The notes beneath the pieces are model-generated. The model had not been told where the DNA came from and did not search any database. It was given only the letters and a program-made list of their open reading frames with translations. DNA of 63,930 bases, the filler included, from Trichosphaerium sp. ATCC 40318 (lineage: Eukaryota; Protista; Tubulinea), in assembly GCA_038496445.1 (NCBI GenBank). It is 3 parts of 3 records of this genome, joined end to end, with 100 filler letters (N's around TTAATTAATTAA, not from the genome) between each part and the next. Parts side by side here need not be neighbours in the genome. Positions count along the whole stretch, not along the records: positions 55,225 to 63,930 come from JALMLS010000565.1; 2 more parts are not named here. One strand, given 5' to 3'. Numbering within the stretch: the stretch's first letter is position 1; each line of letters opens with the position of its first letter. The position numbers were made by a program, and so were the translations under genes. Shown in pieces: positions 62,951 to 63,930 of this stretch.

Positions 62951-63930
62951 ATGATATTTGATGAAATGAATTATTGGTTAACAAGATATGGAAAAGCAAC
63001 TGGTCTTCAGATTAACGAAAAGAAATGCTTTCAAGCAAACATCTCAGGCTTGGATAATGATAAAAGTAAAGTGTTCGATACAGGTACTAGTATCAGATAT
63101 CTCGGCTTTACTTTGAGTGATGATGGCTTGAATTTTGATTGGAACAAAGCAATAGACAAAATAACAGTACAACTAGTAAAGTGGAAGCCGCTGTGTAAAA
63201 CAATTCGACAAAAAATCAATGTTTTTAAATCGTATGCTCAATCTCAACTATCTACTTCACCAGGCCTCTTTCAATCCCTCCTAGTGCAACTGCCAAAATT
63301 ATCAATGTGTGCAACTGTTTCTTTGGGATGTATCACGTGTCTTTGACAAGAAGAAGTCTATTGTCGTGTATCTTGGACGCAACTGTCACTTCCATTCCCC
63401 TTGGGAGGTTTTTCTCTCAGTTCGATTGCGCAAATAAGCAACGCATTTAAAGCATCGTTGTGGGAGCGGCACTTGGCGATTGATACAATATATTCACAGG
63501 CATGGAAAGATGGTCACAGCTAATTCTTTGTGCCGAGTTTCTTTTGAATCATTTAACATAAAACCAGAAAACAAATTCAGAAAAGTAAAATTTTTTATGA
63601 ATATTTTACGTAAGAAAATCATTCACGTTTAAAACCTCATTTTAGGAAAAATTTTATCCTTAACTCAATGATACTCAAGCTACTAAACAAATTTAAAGGT
63701 GTAAGTTACATTAGAGATATATTATGGAGATTTATTATGAGATGTCTTCCGTTACACATAAAAAAGATGCGTTTCCTCCTGAGAAGCACGAAGAAATATT
63801 TTATGACTGGTCGATACCTAGCAAGATAATGGAGGTTATATATGATCTATTGACATTCTGTCACCGGATATATCACTTAAAAGAATCACTACAGAATTGT
63901 AAGTCAGTACATCACCTTTGGAAATAGGCA
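62951..63930 (+). mobile_element. Degenerate L1/Tx1-like non-LTR ORF2 fragment (RT C-terminal/thumb region)
   Basis: RYGKATGLQINEKKC, IRYLGF, WNKAIDKITVQLVKWK, KINVFKSYAQSQL, later LPFPLGG; multiple frameshifts. Confidence 0.85.

Overview
AT-rich, intron-rich microbial eukaryote (protist-like) nuclear DNA. The window holds three unrelated contigs (1-30896, 30997-55124, 55225-63930) joined by artificial N/TTAATTAATTAA spacers. Most host genes are split by short GT-AG introns, and some by GC-AG introns, so the ORF track shows only fragments. Recognisable host genes: a degenerate eEF1A-like GTPase, a PPR protein, a PdxH/PNPO-like flavoprotein, tRNA-Pro(UGG), a multi-domain thioredoxin, a membrane pepsin-like protease, exportin-4, a GPI mucin, ICT1, an HMG-box protein, MEMO1, an F-box/LRR protein, a TPR protein, a divergent family-A DNA polymerase, a UHRF1 orthologue and a secreted glycoside-hydrolase-like protein. 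Mobile DNA is dense and nested: a full-length Ty3/gypsy element with identical 147-bp LTRs sits inside the TIR of an older MITE, there are two more MITEs and two non-LTR insertions, and an inverted duplication copies most of the tRNA gene. The main cross-cutting signal is CpG-type decay (CG>TG/CA, CGA>TGA) that appears concentrated in mobile and pseudogenic DNA, in a genome that encodes UHRF1. Exon boundaries were derived by eye and no database searches were run.
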